From: Proteromonas lacertae
Taxonomy: Eukaryota
Assembly (NCBI GenBank): GCA_002245135.1
Contig: NGBS01001160.1
Location: 620,001-684,000 of the forward strand
DNA length: 64,000 nucleotides
Direction: 5' to 3'
This document shows, piece after piece, positions 14,675 to 26,118 of this stretch (its first letter is position 1; each line of letters opens with the position of its first letter). A program made the translations under genes and the position numbers. The notes under the pieces were generated by a model, which worked only from the letters and a program-made list of their open reading frames with translations, did not search any database and was not told the origin of the DNA.

Positions 14675-15547
14675 TTTTTCTCAGTTTGCATAGCTTCTAC
14701 TATAGCTAAATTTGCACCTTCTTCTACTACTTTACCTTCTTTACTAATACACTATAAAATTACCAGTTGTTGTGCGCTGTTGAGCGTTAAGAAAACTTTT
14801 TTCAATTCTAAAATGATAGTGTGTGGTTTGATGGCGAGTTATATGCAAATATAATCTTACTTTGTCATATAAGCTACATCTGCGATATATAGTTTTTTGA
14901 ACTTTATTTAAACATATTGAAAACAACTATAATTTTATTTTTAATTTTTTTGCTTCAATCACTACTAGAGTTAAAAATACATTAGTTTAAGCAATTAAAT
15001 CGCACATATTTAGATGTTAAGACACTTAAAAACGAAAAAATTAAAAATCTATTCAAGCCTCATTCAAGCCTGTTTTTTCAAAATAAATTTTAAGCAGGTA
15101 AATGCAATAAGTAGGTATTCTTTTTCTATTTAAAGCCTTTATCCCGATGTCTACTATTGTTATAAGCATTTAAAATAATATAAAAATAAAAAGTGTTTCC
15201 AGTACAGGAACCTAAACACGACTATACGATAATAGGCCAACGTAACTATTTTGGAAAACAAAGTGTTGATTAGTAATATTGAAGGGCCAGAGGTTACGTA
15301 TATAATATTAGAATTGAAAAAAGTCTTCTGAACGCTCAACGGAGCATTTAGCTCAACAGTGCACAACACCAGTCATTGATACAAGTTAAGAATTTGGAAT
15401 GATTTACTTCAGGTTTTGGAATCATGCTTTGATAATTTTCTTTCTAAAGCATTTCTTACATCTATAGTGAAGCTACCTCCATAACCTTCTACTAATCTTT
15501 TCATATATTGTACAGCTACTTCTTTAACTTTGTATAACTTTTACTTT
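14675..15547 (-). pseudogene. Fragment of propionyl-CoA carboxylase alpha chain (C-terminal/biotinyl domain), interrupted by a MITE
   Basis: Minus-strand pieces VAVQYMKRLVEGYGGSFTIDVRNALERKLSKH / IPKPEVNHSKFLTC / MTGNF / VKEGKVVEEGANLAIVEAMQ resemble the PCCA pattern SKFLxxPMPG...LAVVEAMKM; frameshifted. Confidence 0.65.
14768..15368. mobile_element. MITE family A, copy 1 (601 bp, TGTTGTGC...GCACAACA, 5-bp TSD CCAGT)
   Basis: Imperfect TIRs TGTTGTGCGCTGTTGAGCGTTAAGAAAACTTTTTTCAATTCTA; CCAGT at 14763-14767 and 15369-15373; removing the element restores the PCCA fragment. Confidence 0.9.
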
Positions 15548-15880
15548 TGTTGTGCGCCGTTTGTCATAGTTGGCCGTTTGTCTACCAGACACTTTTAAAA
15601 CAAACTAAATGTATATTCTTACTTGTCTTGATGAAAAATTGTTACTTTTATACTTACTTTGTTATATGACCTACCTCTGCGCTATACTTTTTTGTTAATA
15701 TAAATAGTTTGAATATTTGCGCCATTTGTTTTCTAGAAATTTTTGAAGCAAACTAAATGTATATTTAGCTAATATAGACTAAAATCTATTAGCTGAAATG
15801 ATTAGAATATAATAATTATTAAATCTTTATATATAAAAAAGAAATGTAAAAATAGGCTTGAGTGAGGCTTGATTCTATAT
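15548..15880. mobile_element. MITE family B, truncated copy (one arm plus core)
   Basis: Starts TGTTGTGCGCCGTTTGTCATAGTTGGCCGTTTGTCTACCAGACAC, near-identical to the arms at 19492, 52685 and 53908; ends after the AGGCTTGAGTGAGGCTTGA core. Confidence 0.85.
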
Positions 15881-15949
15881 AATAATCGAATTATTATTTC
15901 TTATGATATTATATAATAATCGAAAATCATATTTACTCTTTTAGTTAGG

Positions 15950-16030
15950 AAAAACACGTCACTTTCGTGATTTGTGTTGTTCCTGTGCTGTTCTTGTGCC
16001 GTTCCGTCCCTGTGCCTGCCGAACACAAGT
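15950..16030. mobile_element. Remnant terminus of a hAT element related to the one at 54858-57247
   Basis: GTCCCTGTGCCTGCCGAACACA resembles the end GTCCCTGTCCCCGCCGAACTCAG at 57225-57247. Confidence 0.45.
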
Positions 16031-16239
16031 TTAATGATTTTTATATTTAAAAAAGAAAAAAACTAAAATTAATAAAGTAAAAGAATTCTTTTACTATTCT
16101 TTTATTTAAGCAATATTAGTTTTTTTACTTTATTATTTATTTCAAAATTATATATTTAAATTGGATTATCTATTTTGGAAATCATATTTTGGAAATACTT
16201 GAAAGTATTTATGGTACTCAATACAGCAGAATAAATGAA

Positions 16240-16700
16240 ATGAAATAATAGCATAAGATAGTATTTGGCCTGAGTACTGTGAAAATCTGAATAACCAACT
16301 TCAACTGCTGGCAAAAGATAGTAATAAATACTATGTTAATGGCAATGTAATTGTTATAAAAGACAGAATATGTATATAATATCAATATTGATAATAATTT
16401 GATATTTTGTAGCTGTGGTTACAGGGAATTCACAGGAATTCCTTGTAGCCACATTCTGTGGATAAAGATTAAAATATCATAAACTGTATCGATAGAAAAC
16501 TTAATATGCAATGAAGCATATACTTCATATTTTAATTCTTCAAAAGATATAACAAAATATAATATCAAATTCAATGATACTACCCAGTTAATTGATGAAG
16601 ATTTAAATATTTCTACCTCAACAACCTCAGATGTTAATAGTGACACATTTAAAACTAGTGTAGACAATATACAACAGAAATATGCTTGTTGATATTTCAT
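16240..16700 (+). pseudogene. SWIM zinc-finger fragment, likely a MULE/Mutator transposase remnant
   Basis: 16408-16460 translates CSCGYREFTGIPCSHIL (CxCx8CxH SWIM motif); surrounding frames are broken. Confidence 0.6.
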
Positions 16701-16798
16701 GTGAAACTATTCGACTTGTATAGATTCTTTGCGACAAGTGATTTGAAGTGACCCCAAACCAATGATCTTTCCCAACGAAGTTCAAGGACTTTGATGAA

Positions 16799-17395
16799 GT
16801 GCACTGTTGAGCTAAATGCTCCGTTGAGCGTTCAGAAGACTTTTTTCAATTCTAATATTATATACGTAACCTCTGGCCCTTCAATATTACTAATCAACAC
16901 TTTGTTTTCCAAAATAGTTACGTTGGCCTATTATCGTATAGTCGTGTTTAGGTTCCTGTACTGGAAACACTTTTTATTTTTATATTATTTTAAATGCTTA
17001 TAACAATAGTAGACATCGGGATAAAGGCTTTAAATAGAAAAAGAATACCTACTTATTGCATTTACCTGCTTAAAATTTATTTTGAAAAAACAGGCTTGAA
17101 TGAGGCTTGAATAGATTTTTAATTTTTTCGTTTTTAAGTGTCTTAACATCTAAATATGTGCGATTTAATTGCTTAAACTAATGTATTTTTAACTCTAGTA
17201 GTGATTGAAGCAAAAAAATTAAAAATAAAATTATAGTTGTTTTCAATATGTTTAAATAAAGTTCAAAAAACTATATATCGCAGATGTAGCTTATATGACA
17301 AAGTAAGATTATATTTGCATATAACTCGCCATCAAACCACACACTATCATTTTAGAATTGAAAAAAGTTTTCTTAACGCTCAACAGCGCACAACA
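16799..17395. mobile_element. MITE family A, copy 2 (inverted relative to copy 1, missing 4 terminal bp)
   Basis: Reverse complement of 14768-15364. ORF translations across both copies are identical; 597 bp = 601-4, so no net indel. Confidence 0.9.
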
Positions 17396-19020
17396 CTTGG
17401 AACTTACTTGAAAGTCATCCTCAAGGAGTATATGCACTCAATGATCTTTCCCAATGAATGTTACGATGCTCTTGTCAAGATGATAACAGGGGAGGAGGAC
17501 TCCGAAGGAGTCTTCTTAAGGTACATTACTAGAGCAAGATCCATCGATAAGAACAACTACAATGAGATGGAGCAGGAGTACTTACTTACCCGTCACTATC
17601 AACTCAAGATTATCTCCGAGAGAATGGATCTCTTCATTAACAGCACCTGTAAGCTCCAAGGAAGTGATCTTCTAAGACCAGCCTTAAGAAACATCCAAGA
17701 ACGCCTTAAAGATATACAATACTTTGTCAAGGACTCCAAGATCAAGGAGGATAATACCAACTACTTCATTCTCACATCTCAATTCATCGATAAGGTCATC
17801 ACTTCCCTAAGACAACTTAGTAAAGCTGCTAATCACCTGGCTGTTGAACTAAAGGCTTATGAGAAGATGCTTAAACGCGATCATCCGATGCTCTTCAAGG
17901 ACAAGACAATCTCCATGGATGCATACCTTAAGGCAACTAACTACTTGATCAACTACACCAATGAAGTTTTTCAGATCCTGGAAATGGAGAAGCTGTATCT
18001 TCCTAAGAATCAAATGCTGAAGGTGTTTAAGAAACTCTATCAATCTCATGAGCATTACGTCCTTAAGGATTCTGCTTACTTCCTTAAGTGCAAGAGTCAA
18101 TCTTGGAGCTACGTGAAAGTAGAGAACCGACCTAGTACAAGACCAGACTCCGAGAAAGTACTTGTCTTTGACGAGGACAACTTACTTCATGCACCCACAG
18201 CTGTTACTTACACGCAAATGAAGTTAGTCAAGGAGATGATGGATAACGCATCCCAACACTACGTAGACTTTAACAAGGAGATGAATACATGGTTGAAATA
18301 TTAAGGTATTGACTTCCAGGATCTTCCAGTTACTTCATTGAGTCTCAACTTTAAGGATTTCGAGCAGGAGGAAGAAGACATCACTGGTAATGAGTCCATG
18401 GAGGAGGAGGATAATGATGATGATTATGGTAATATCGATGGTAAGCAGGAGGATTCATCTTCAGTAACAACTTAAATCCCGACATCTTTAGCAGTGATAA
18501 CGATACTGATAAAGAAGATATTGATAAGGCCGGTAAGGAAGTTAAATTAACTCCTGTCAATGCCAATGAAGAGAACGTTCCTAAGCTAGTCGATGAATTG
18601 CTAGAGCAACCACCTCCACTACCTCCTAAGCCTGTAATTACCAAGACTGATGATAAACCTATCATTACGAAGATGAAGAAGAAGACTTCTAAGCAATCTA
18701 CTGCTGGTAATCTTCCAAAGGAACCTTCAAAGGAACCATCAATGGAGCCTTCAAAGGAGCCTTCAACAATACCAGTAATCACCAGCTTCCTATCTTATTG
18801 AGAATAACCATGAGGATATCAAGGGCTCTGATGATGATGATGAACTTAACTTAGCTTCCACGGGACCAAAGTTACCTTCAATGATAAGTCCAGCTCCACA
18901 AGAGACTAACTCCTTGGAAGGCACCGAGATAAACAATACCTGGCAGAACACCAGCTGTTTACCAGACTTAGAAGAAGAACCGTATATGAACTCACCTATA
19001 CCTGACTTAGACATGCTTTA
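17396..19020 (+). pseudogene. Large unknown ORF (helical N-part, acidic/Pro-rich tail with KEPS repeats), 5' end cut by MITE A, broken by a stop and frameshifts
   Basis: ORF 17237-18304 minus its MITE-derived first 53 aa; coding-style sequence continues past TAA 18302-18304 (GIDFQDLPVTSL..EEEDNDDD) and into 18598-18801 (QPPPLPPKP..KEPSKEPSMEPSKEPS). Confidence 0.55.
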
Positions 19021-19491
19021 ACTTAAGGCTTCTCTTGTTATTGAATATCATTCTTGTTATTGTGGGTTTGTACAGATACTGCTACATAAATCTTATCGGA
19101 ACATCGTCTATTGATGATTGCCATCACACGATCGCCTATTGGCTGTTGAATGATGGTTATCATCATCAGTCAGTGTTATCCTTGCTTTTGAATCTCCAGA
19201 TAGAACAACTAACTACGATAACATTAAAGGACTTACTTTAATTTTCTTATATACACCTTGCAGATCCTTCTGAGTCTAGCAGCTTCATTGACTTTACCTT
19301 TACCTTTACGGGATGTTATCTTCCTGTTGATCACGTTCTTGATCCAGTACTTGACCTTCCATAAGATACTTCTTCCTCCTATGGTAATCAACTCTAAGTC
19401 ATCCTCAGAAGCAGAGCTAAAGCTTCTTGCACGATAACCATTCCTCCCTTCAGGCATCTCCAAGGAGTCCTTGAATTTACCTAGTACTTGT

Positions 19492-20124
19492 TGTTCTGCG
19501 CCATTTGTCATAGTTGGCCGTTTGTCTACCAGACACTTTTAAAGCAAAATAAATGTATATTCTTACTTGTCTTGATGAAAAATTGTTACTTTTATACTTA
19601 CTTTGTTATATGACCTACCTCTGCGCTATACTTATTTGTTAATATAAATAGTATGAATATTTGTGACGTTTGTTTTCTAGAAATTTTTGAAGCAAACTAA
19701 ATGTATATTTAGCTAATGTAGACTAAAATACATTAGCTGAAATGGTTAGAACAACTTAATGTTGATCATGTGACATATAAAATAAAAAAGAAAATATAGA
19801 ATCAAGCCTCACTCAAGCCTATTTTTTACGCTTTTTTATATATAAAGATTTAATAATTATTATATTCTAATCATTTCAGCTAATGTATATTAGTCTATAT
19901 TAGATAAATATGCATTTAGTTTGCTTCAAAAATTTCTAGAAAACAAATGGCGCAAATATTCAAACTATTTATATTAACAAAAAAGTATACTACAGAGGTA
20001 GGTCATATAACAAAGTAAGCATAAAAGTAACAATTTTTCATCAAGACAAGTAAGAATATTCATTTATTTTGCTTTAAAAGTGTCTGGTAAACAAATGGCC
20101 AACTATGACAAACGGCGCACAACA
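19492..20124. mobile_element. MITE family B, full copy (~633 bp, ~240-bp arms)
   Basis: TGTTCTGCGCCATTTGTCATAG...CTATGACAAACGGCGCACAACA with core TCAAGCCTCACTCAAGCCT; no TSD visible. Confidence 0.88.
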
Positions 20125-20919
20125 AGTGTTACTTTCTTCGTAGAGTAGATATTCCTGGGCAATGAGTAAGCTAGCAATCTCCTTTGATACATTGACATTG
20201 AACTTCTTTTGTTTATCCCGACAATTGCAATTAGGAATCAACTCAATAGCTTGCTTATCATCCTCATCTAACATACCCAGCTTCATGCACTTTAAAGTGA
20301 TATCCTTCACATCATCTATTCCTAAGGAGATGTTTAATGTGTTGTACTTATCTAGGTTCATCTTATAGGTAAAATCAAAGGTCCATTGCCTTATGAAGAT
20401 GCGGACGATTCTCTCTCCAGGATGTGCAAGGCCATAAATCTTCCTACGATCAGTCATGTGATTGTACTTCACTAGGAAGCAATTGTCCTTAAAGAGATAT
20501 TCACCTGATCCTCTAGGCACTTCCTCAGCTTCATGATCATCATTTCCGATAATCCTGAAGAGTCTCTTGAGTACCTCCCTATTACGATCCACGATCTTGA
20601 GCTTAGCGTAACATTGATGATACATTGGAAGAGTGATCTTCTTATCGTCTAGGTCAGGGATGAACTTAGCGATGCAATCTATGATCACTGGTTTCTCGGG
20701 AGTGATGGTAAGTCTTCGATAGCTATGTCCTTGCTGATGATACTCTGAGTAGATGCTAGCCTGACCGTATAGTTCTGATTCCTTTACAGTTGCCTCATAA
20801 GTATAGATTCTCATTACCATCTTTGAAAGCCCTTTCATCATGAACTCATCCTTACGATCGTCTTCATACTTCTCGGTGATCTCCTTGATAAGATTGAAGT
20901 AGCTTCTGTTCTTATTCAT
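20125..20919 (-). CDS. Unknown protein, paralog of 21030-21695; 3' end runs into MITE B
   Basis: Shares YFNLI..ITE.Y...RK.E, TITP..PVI.DC, KI.D.N...L..LF..IG...H.AE.V.RG, R.WTF.F, KY.TL....GI.DV.DIT..C with the neighbouring ORF. Confidence 0.7.
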
Positions 20920-21029
20920 CGATCAAGTATAGGAATAAGTTTATTGAACTGAATCAACCCCGAGATTACCATCCCTCTGAGAACTATCACTCCTGGAGGA
21001 TTGAATTCCATGATGGATGGATGAGATCA

Positions 21030-21695
21030 TTACTTGGTATTTCCTTTGAACTCCTTCCTTGCAGCTATGCATCTATCGGTGATGTCCTCCACATCGTTGA
21101 TACCAACAACGACTTCTAAGGTGTGGTACTTGGAGTAGTCCTTTGAGTCAATAAAGTTAAAGGTCCATCTAGGGAGTCTTAAACGAAAGATCCTCTTACC
21201 AAGACTTGCTAGGTGTTGAAACTTACTAATTGTTTTAGCAGCCCGTAGCTGACATTGCAACTGTACATAATCAGTTCCTCGGGAATTGCTTACTATTATC
21301 GTTCCTCTTAGAACATCCTCAGCATTGTGTTTGTTATCTCCGATCACTTCGAAGAGCTTCCTTAAGGTCTGATGATTGCTATCATGGATCTTCAGATAAA
21401 TCCTATTGTCACCTAAGTCCCGAACAACACTTCCAACACAGTCCACAATCACTGGGATCACCGGAGTGATGGTTACCTTCCTTGTTCTTGGAATGCCTAT
21501 ATCCATAAAGCTTTTTATCATAGCATCCCCGTAAGTGTCAGAGTCTTCTACTCGTATCTTATATGTGAAGAGCTTCTCAATCTTCTCCTGTCTGGTTGTC
21601 TTCTTCGGGAAGGTCAGTTCCTCCTTACGTTCCTGATCGTAGTTCTCGGTGACTTGACGGATCAGGTTGAAATAGTTCTCATTCATTGACTTCAT
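21030..21695 (-). CDS. Unknown protein (221 aa), paralog of 20125-20919
   Basis: Intact intronless ORF; aligns by eye with the adjacent ORF along its whole length. Confidence 0.7.
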   Translation of the reverse strand: MKSMNENYFNLIRQVTENYDQERKEELTFPKKTTRQEKIEKLFTYKIRVEDSDTYGDAMIKSFMDIGIPRTRKVTITPVIPVIVDCVGSVVRDLGDNRIYLKIHDSNHQTLRKLFEVIGDNKHNAEDVLRGTIIVSNSRGTDYVQLQCQLRAAKTISKFQHLASLGKRIFRLRLPRWTFNFIDSKDYSKYHTLEVVVGINDVEDITDRCIAARKEFKGNTK

Positions 21696-23715
21696 CGGCT
21701 GAGAATTATCGGATTGCCCTCAACTCACTTTGTTAATTAAGTCTTGACGTTTCCCAGAATTGACTTTTTACTCACTCCTGGTAATCACGCAATTCCCGGT
21801 CATCTCCATGAAGATAAGGATTCCTCCGAAGAATGAACTTAGAGCAAATGCAAAGTCCAATCAATGCAAGACCTTGTAAGATTCCTATGGTTCAAAGCGT
21901 TCTCGTACTACCTACGGCTAAGTGAATGCATCTCCAATCCCTTACTATGCGATAAGTCGATTACTAAGATAGAGGAGGACAATCATCTATCCATTAACGT
22001 ATTCAAGATGCTTCAGAAGCCAGATATTCACTTAGTCCCTTTACGTACTTCGAAGACACCTTCCAATGATTCCTATAAGCAGGTGAGCTTGCTTTACCTG
22101 GAAGAGAATTGTAAGCCTTCAACATCTCCTAGTACGGATACTCCCAATGATGAATCTCTTAGCGCTTCTACAATCATCCATTTCCATTTATCAACCCAAG
22201 ACAAGAGAAGTAATTGAATCACCATGAAAGTTAGAAGAAGAAGTCTGGCCTTTGACGTCTATTTATCATGAGTGTGATAATCCTACTCCATTGATCTATC
22301 AACTCCGACAACTCGTTAAGGATCTTACTTATTGAATCTAGTCTTTGTTGTGTGTAGTCAACGATATAGATATACCTTGTAGATACCTTAGTGCTGGTTA
22401 CCGTGGTGACTTCATTGTCTTGTTCATTACTAGGCCTTGAAGATTGTTGATATCTCCTTACTTCCTCTTGAGATAGTCTACTCCTTCCTACGTGTTCCTC
22501 CAATTCCTTCTTACAACCACGTCTCCTTACCGAGAAAATTGCTAGATAATTGATCTCCTTATGAAGTTGCTGATCCATCTTCTTGAAATCAACCTTACCG
22601 AGGATAGGTAAGTTGCTATTTACCTCCTCATCGTCGAAGTCTTCTAGGTATTAACTCATAATGGACTTTTCGATATAAGCAAGTTTCTCAACGATGGCAC
22701 TTAGGACATAGTACAATTTACTTAGCTGAATCTTGTTAGTCTTCACCTTCCCTAGAACTTCAAATGATCTCCTTGTCTTCTCAGTTGAGAACATCCCATC
22801 ACAGTTATTGAACTCTCCGAGGACACCTCCCTTATCTAGCAATGATCGGAGTACTGCCTCTCACAACCTTGGTACTTGAGATAATCCTTTACCCTCTGGT
22901 TCCTTTGAAGCAACCTCTTATCGGTAGCGTTCTTGAAGTATTGCATTCACGGGGGTGTTCAGAAATTGTTTACTGCCGAGATAGTTGAACTATTCCGATG
23001 CCTCCTTCTATAGATCATGCTGTGTCCTGCATTAAGAACATTTACTTACTATCCTTCTACGTAGTGCTAGTATCAATGGTCCTTGCCTTTATCTATATGA
23101 AGCTTCAGAGCATACAACACCAGGCAAGATTATTTCATCATGCTGACCTTGATGGATTCAACAATCGTTTATTAAGAGTTTACCCAGCTGATCTCCTGCT
23201 CCTTGTAGGTAACAATGTTGTTCCCGTGAATGAGGTTTTCGACGATGATTTCCTAGATGATGAAACTTACTTACAATGGAGGATGCATTTGCCTTTAAGC
23301 TAGCTAGCTAAATCTCCTGCTTATCGTTGTGGTTGATGGTACCTTTGCTTTGTTGGGATGATCGAAAAACATCATCTTATCGGGGATAGGTACAATGGAT
23401 AAGCACCTAGCCTGGTTCTGAACAATGTGAAGGTTCAGTAACAGATTACCCAGTGAATGGTAAAGAGCTAAAGGCTTCTTCCATAAAGTACCATTCATGA
23501 TCGTGATGGAGTGGTAGGGTAGTTTGGAACTGACTGCTTGCTGATCCTTAAAGATGTTATCCTCCATACTCTTCAGAATCGAATTAGTTTACCTAGACAA
23601 TTAATGTGGATGATGAGACTTACCTACTGAAGACTCTTGAGATTGCTGCTATCTCTTTTCATTTTCCTTAAGAATTAAAGAATTGAGTGAAGCCTCCCGA
23701 AGTCACCATTGCATG

Positions 23716-24128
23716 CTTGTTAACAATTGTAAAGTCCCAGTTCCACGATTGAGTTCTCCACTGAGTTCTCCATTGAGTTCCAAGATTGCCCTGTTGATTA
23801 CCCTAGCTTTTCAATGGCCTTATAAATTGACTGATTAATAGAAGAACCATCAAGACCTTCCCAGATACATCCAGCCGTGTATGACTGCGTCAGGGAATCT
23901 CCCATGATGGGAGATTCCTTCCTTTCCAACACGGCTGTTCTTCTCGGGAAGGTCGTGGATGAACTTATCTAGGAGAGTTATAAGGATGATAAAACATACC
24001 TTCAGAAGCCTTCCGAGATTGCTAATCATTATCTTCAAGGGACCTTGAGAAATCCACAACTAGCTAGAACCTCCTGGAGTTGCATTTGGTAACTTGTTAA
24101 CAATTGTAAAGTCCCGGTTCCACGATTG
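23716..24128 (+). repeat. 36-bp direct repeat pair (23716-23751, 24093-24128) plus short GAGTTCTCCA tandem units
   Basis: CTTGTTAACAATTGTAAAGTCCC(A/G)GTTCCACGATTG occurs twice with one mismatch. Confidence 0.85.
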
Positions 24129-24209
24129 GTTTCCACGGTTCAATTAAAAGCCCTTACAAGGTCACCAGTGTAGCAAGGAGAGTCAAGAGCGTGATTAGAA
24201 TCATCACTA

Positions 24210-24381
24210 CGAGGTAACCAACACTTGTAGATAGCTTCCAGAAGTCCCCGTAGCAGATCGTCTCATAGATAGGTATAGAAATAGCTTAGAGGAGTTCCCG
24301 TAGGGAAGTAGACCCCGTTGAGAAGTAGACCCTGTTGGGAGGAATCCCGTAGGTACCTTACGTAAATAGGACCCTGGTACA
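24210..24381 (+). repeat. Terminal sequence of the virus-like element (copy 1)
   Basis: CGAGGTAACCAACACTTGTAGATAGCTTCCA...GGAGGAATCCCGTAGGTACCTTACGTAAATAGGACCCTGGTACA; homologous to 37993-38111; contains GAAGTAGACCC subterminal repeats. Confidence 0.8.
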
Positions 24382-24400
24382 AAAGTTATTCCTATTCTTC

Positions 24401-25129
24401 ATGACAAGTAGCAAAGCTAAAATATATAGAGCAATTATTTTATACATATTTTTAATTATATTATTAATATATTCTTTATATAGTAAAAATAAAAATATAA
24501 AAATACAAAATCTTAGATATATAAAGTCAATTCCATCAAATTTAACAACCCGAGATGAAATTGGTAATTTATTAGAAATAGAAAATTTTAAAAATGGAAT
24601 TGAGGTTGGAGTGCAAAATGGAAGTTTTTCAAATATTTTGCTAAGCAAATGGAAATCATGTAAAGAATTTGTTATGATTGATCCTTGGTTGCAGCAAAAA
24701 TATTATGATGATACAGCGAATGTTCCAAATATTATGCAAAACAAAGTATTCTTATATTCAATGAATATGATTAATAAATATTCTGATAGAGTTAAATTCA
24801 TAATTCTTAGAACAACAAGTATAGAAGCTAAAGAATATTTAAAAAATAGATTGTATGATTTCATCTACTTAGATGCAAGACATGATTATATAAGTGTAAA
24901 GAATGATTTATACTATTATTACCCATTAGTAAAATCAGGAGGTATATTATCAGGTCATGATTATCAAGATGGAAATAAAGGTCAATGGAAAAATGATCCA
25001 TACGGTAAACGAATTTATAGTAACAAAGCTGTAAGATCAGCTGTTAATGAATTTGCTCACAAATATAATTTGAATGTAATTACAACTAATGAAACACTAT
25101 TTAAATCATGGTTGATAAGAATACCATAA
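24401..25129 (+). CDS. Class I SAM-dependent methyltransferase (Methyltransf_24-like), type II membrane anchor
   Basis: N-terminal hydrophobic segment; GIEVGVQNG, MIDPW, DFIYLDARHDY, GGILSGHDY. Confidence 0.85.
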   Translation: MTSSKAKIYRAIILYIFLIILLIYSLYSKNKNIKIQNLRYIKSIPSNLTTRDEIGNLLEIENFKNGIEVGVQNGSFSNILLSKWKSCKEFVMIDPWLQQKYYDDTANVPNIMQNKVFLYSMNMINKYSDRVKFIILRTTSIEAKEYLKNRLYDFIYLDARHDYISVKNDLYYYYPLVKSGGILSGHDYQDGNKGQWKNDPYGKRIYSNKAVRSAVNEFAHKYNLNVITTNETLFKSWLIRIP

Positions 25130-25306
25130 ATTATAGTAAATAATTCGATTTTTTAAGAATATCACAAAGTAAATATAAACAATTTAGTACAAACCCTAAA
25201 TTTCTTTTCTTTTACTCTTCTTTCTTACTATGTAAAACACAATAGTAAGAGAGTTAATTATCTGTCGTTTGTCTACCAGACACTTTTAAAACATACTAAA
25301 TTCAAA

Positions 25307-25808
25307 TTGTTACTTCACAAAAGGGAATGTTGGCTGATGCAAAGTTCTTATCCTAATTATTCCAATTTGGTGAGTTTAAGATAGATTTAATCAAAGAAGA
25401 AACAATTTACACCAGCTGTAGCTATAAATGCATCAAAAGATAGTAAAATCAAAATTAGAAACATTGAGATTAGCAAAAACAAAATTAGATCAAGCTGAAT
25501 CATGATTAGCTGAATGAAAAAAAGTACTAGATAAATTACTAGCTGATTTCCAAGATAAAATCAACTAGAAAGGTATGAATTGGATTCGAGCTTTAGAAGC
25601 TAATAATATGCCTGATTATGGTTCTACTACATTATCTCATCCTAAATTCAAAGATCAATTGGAATATGCTATGGAAGAAGGTTAAACTTTGATTATTACT
25701 GGTTTAGAAATCAATAAATCATTTATGTTATATATATTCACCAGATTACCAAATCCATTATTTACACCAGAATTACAGGTAAGAACAACATTAGTTGATT
25801 TCACTGTA
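25307..25808 (+). pseudogene. Collapsed fragments of an axonemal dynein heavy chain (stalk/AAA5 region)
   Basis: Pieces [104 protein letters not shown]. Preceded by a MITE B arm fragment at 25266-25301. Confidence 0.75.
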
Positions 25809-26118
25809 TAATGTATTGATCGTATGCTCGTAAGTTCCTGGTATTGCAGTTCATGTTCTCCATGGGTAACTTGATGTAGAAAGTCTTAAAGTAGACATCA
25901 AAGTTCTTCTGTTCTCTTAAGGCCTTGTTGAGTCCCTTTAGTTTAATCCCGACCAACTGATTAATCGTATAAAGCTTACCGTTCTTGTTTTCTTCACACT
26001 TCAATAAATTCAACTTACTAATGTCTATCATCCTCATGAACTGCTTATACTCCATAATATCTCGATAAGTGTCTTCATTCTGGCAGTTGCAAAGCAAGGA
26101 GTAGGCATTATTCATCAA
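25801..26118 (-). pseudogene. Unknown ORF fragment with the virus-like codon style
   Basis: 105-aa ORF with composition like 17396-24381, abutting the dynein fragment. Confidence 0.35.

Larger units (their letters stand above)
17396..24381. mobile_element. Higher-GC intronless virus-like/endogenous element segment ending in a distinctive terminus
   Basis: Abrupt change in composition and codon usage (AAG/GAG/CTT/TAC-rich); no short introns; ORFans; internal direct repeats; end sequence shared with 37993-38111. Confidence 0.6.

Noticed and set aside
17237..17395. N-terminal 53 aa of ORF 17237-18304 and the small ORFs at 14744, 15160 and 16791
   Set aside because: They are chance translations of MITE A sequence, duplicated because the MITE is duplicated.
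23716..24352. Direct repeats as a possible CRISPR-like array
   Set aside because: Only two 36-bp copies ~340 bp apart, no regular spacers, no cas genes, eukaryotic context.
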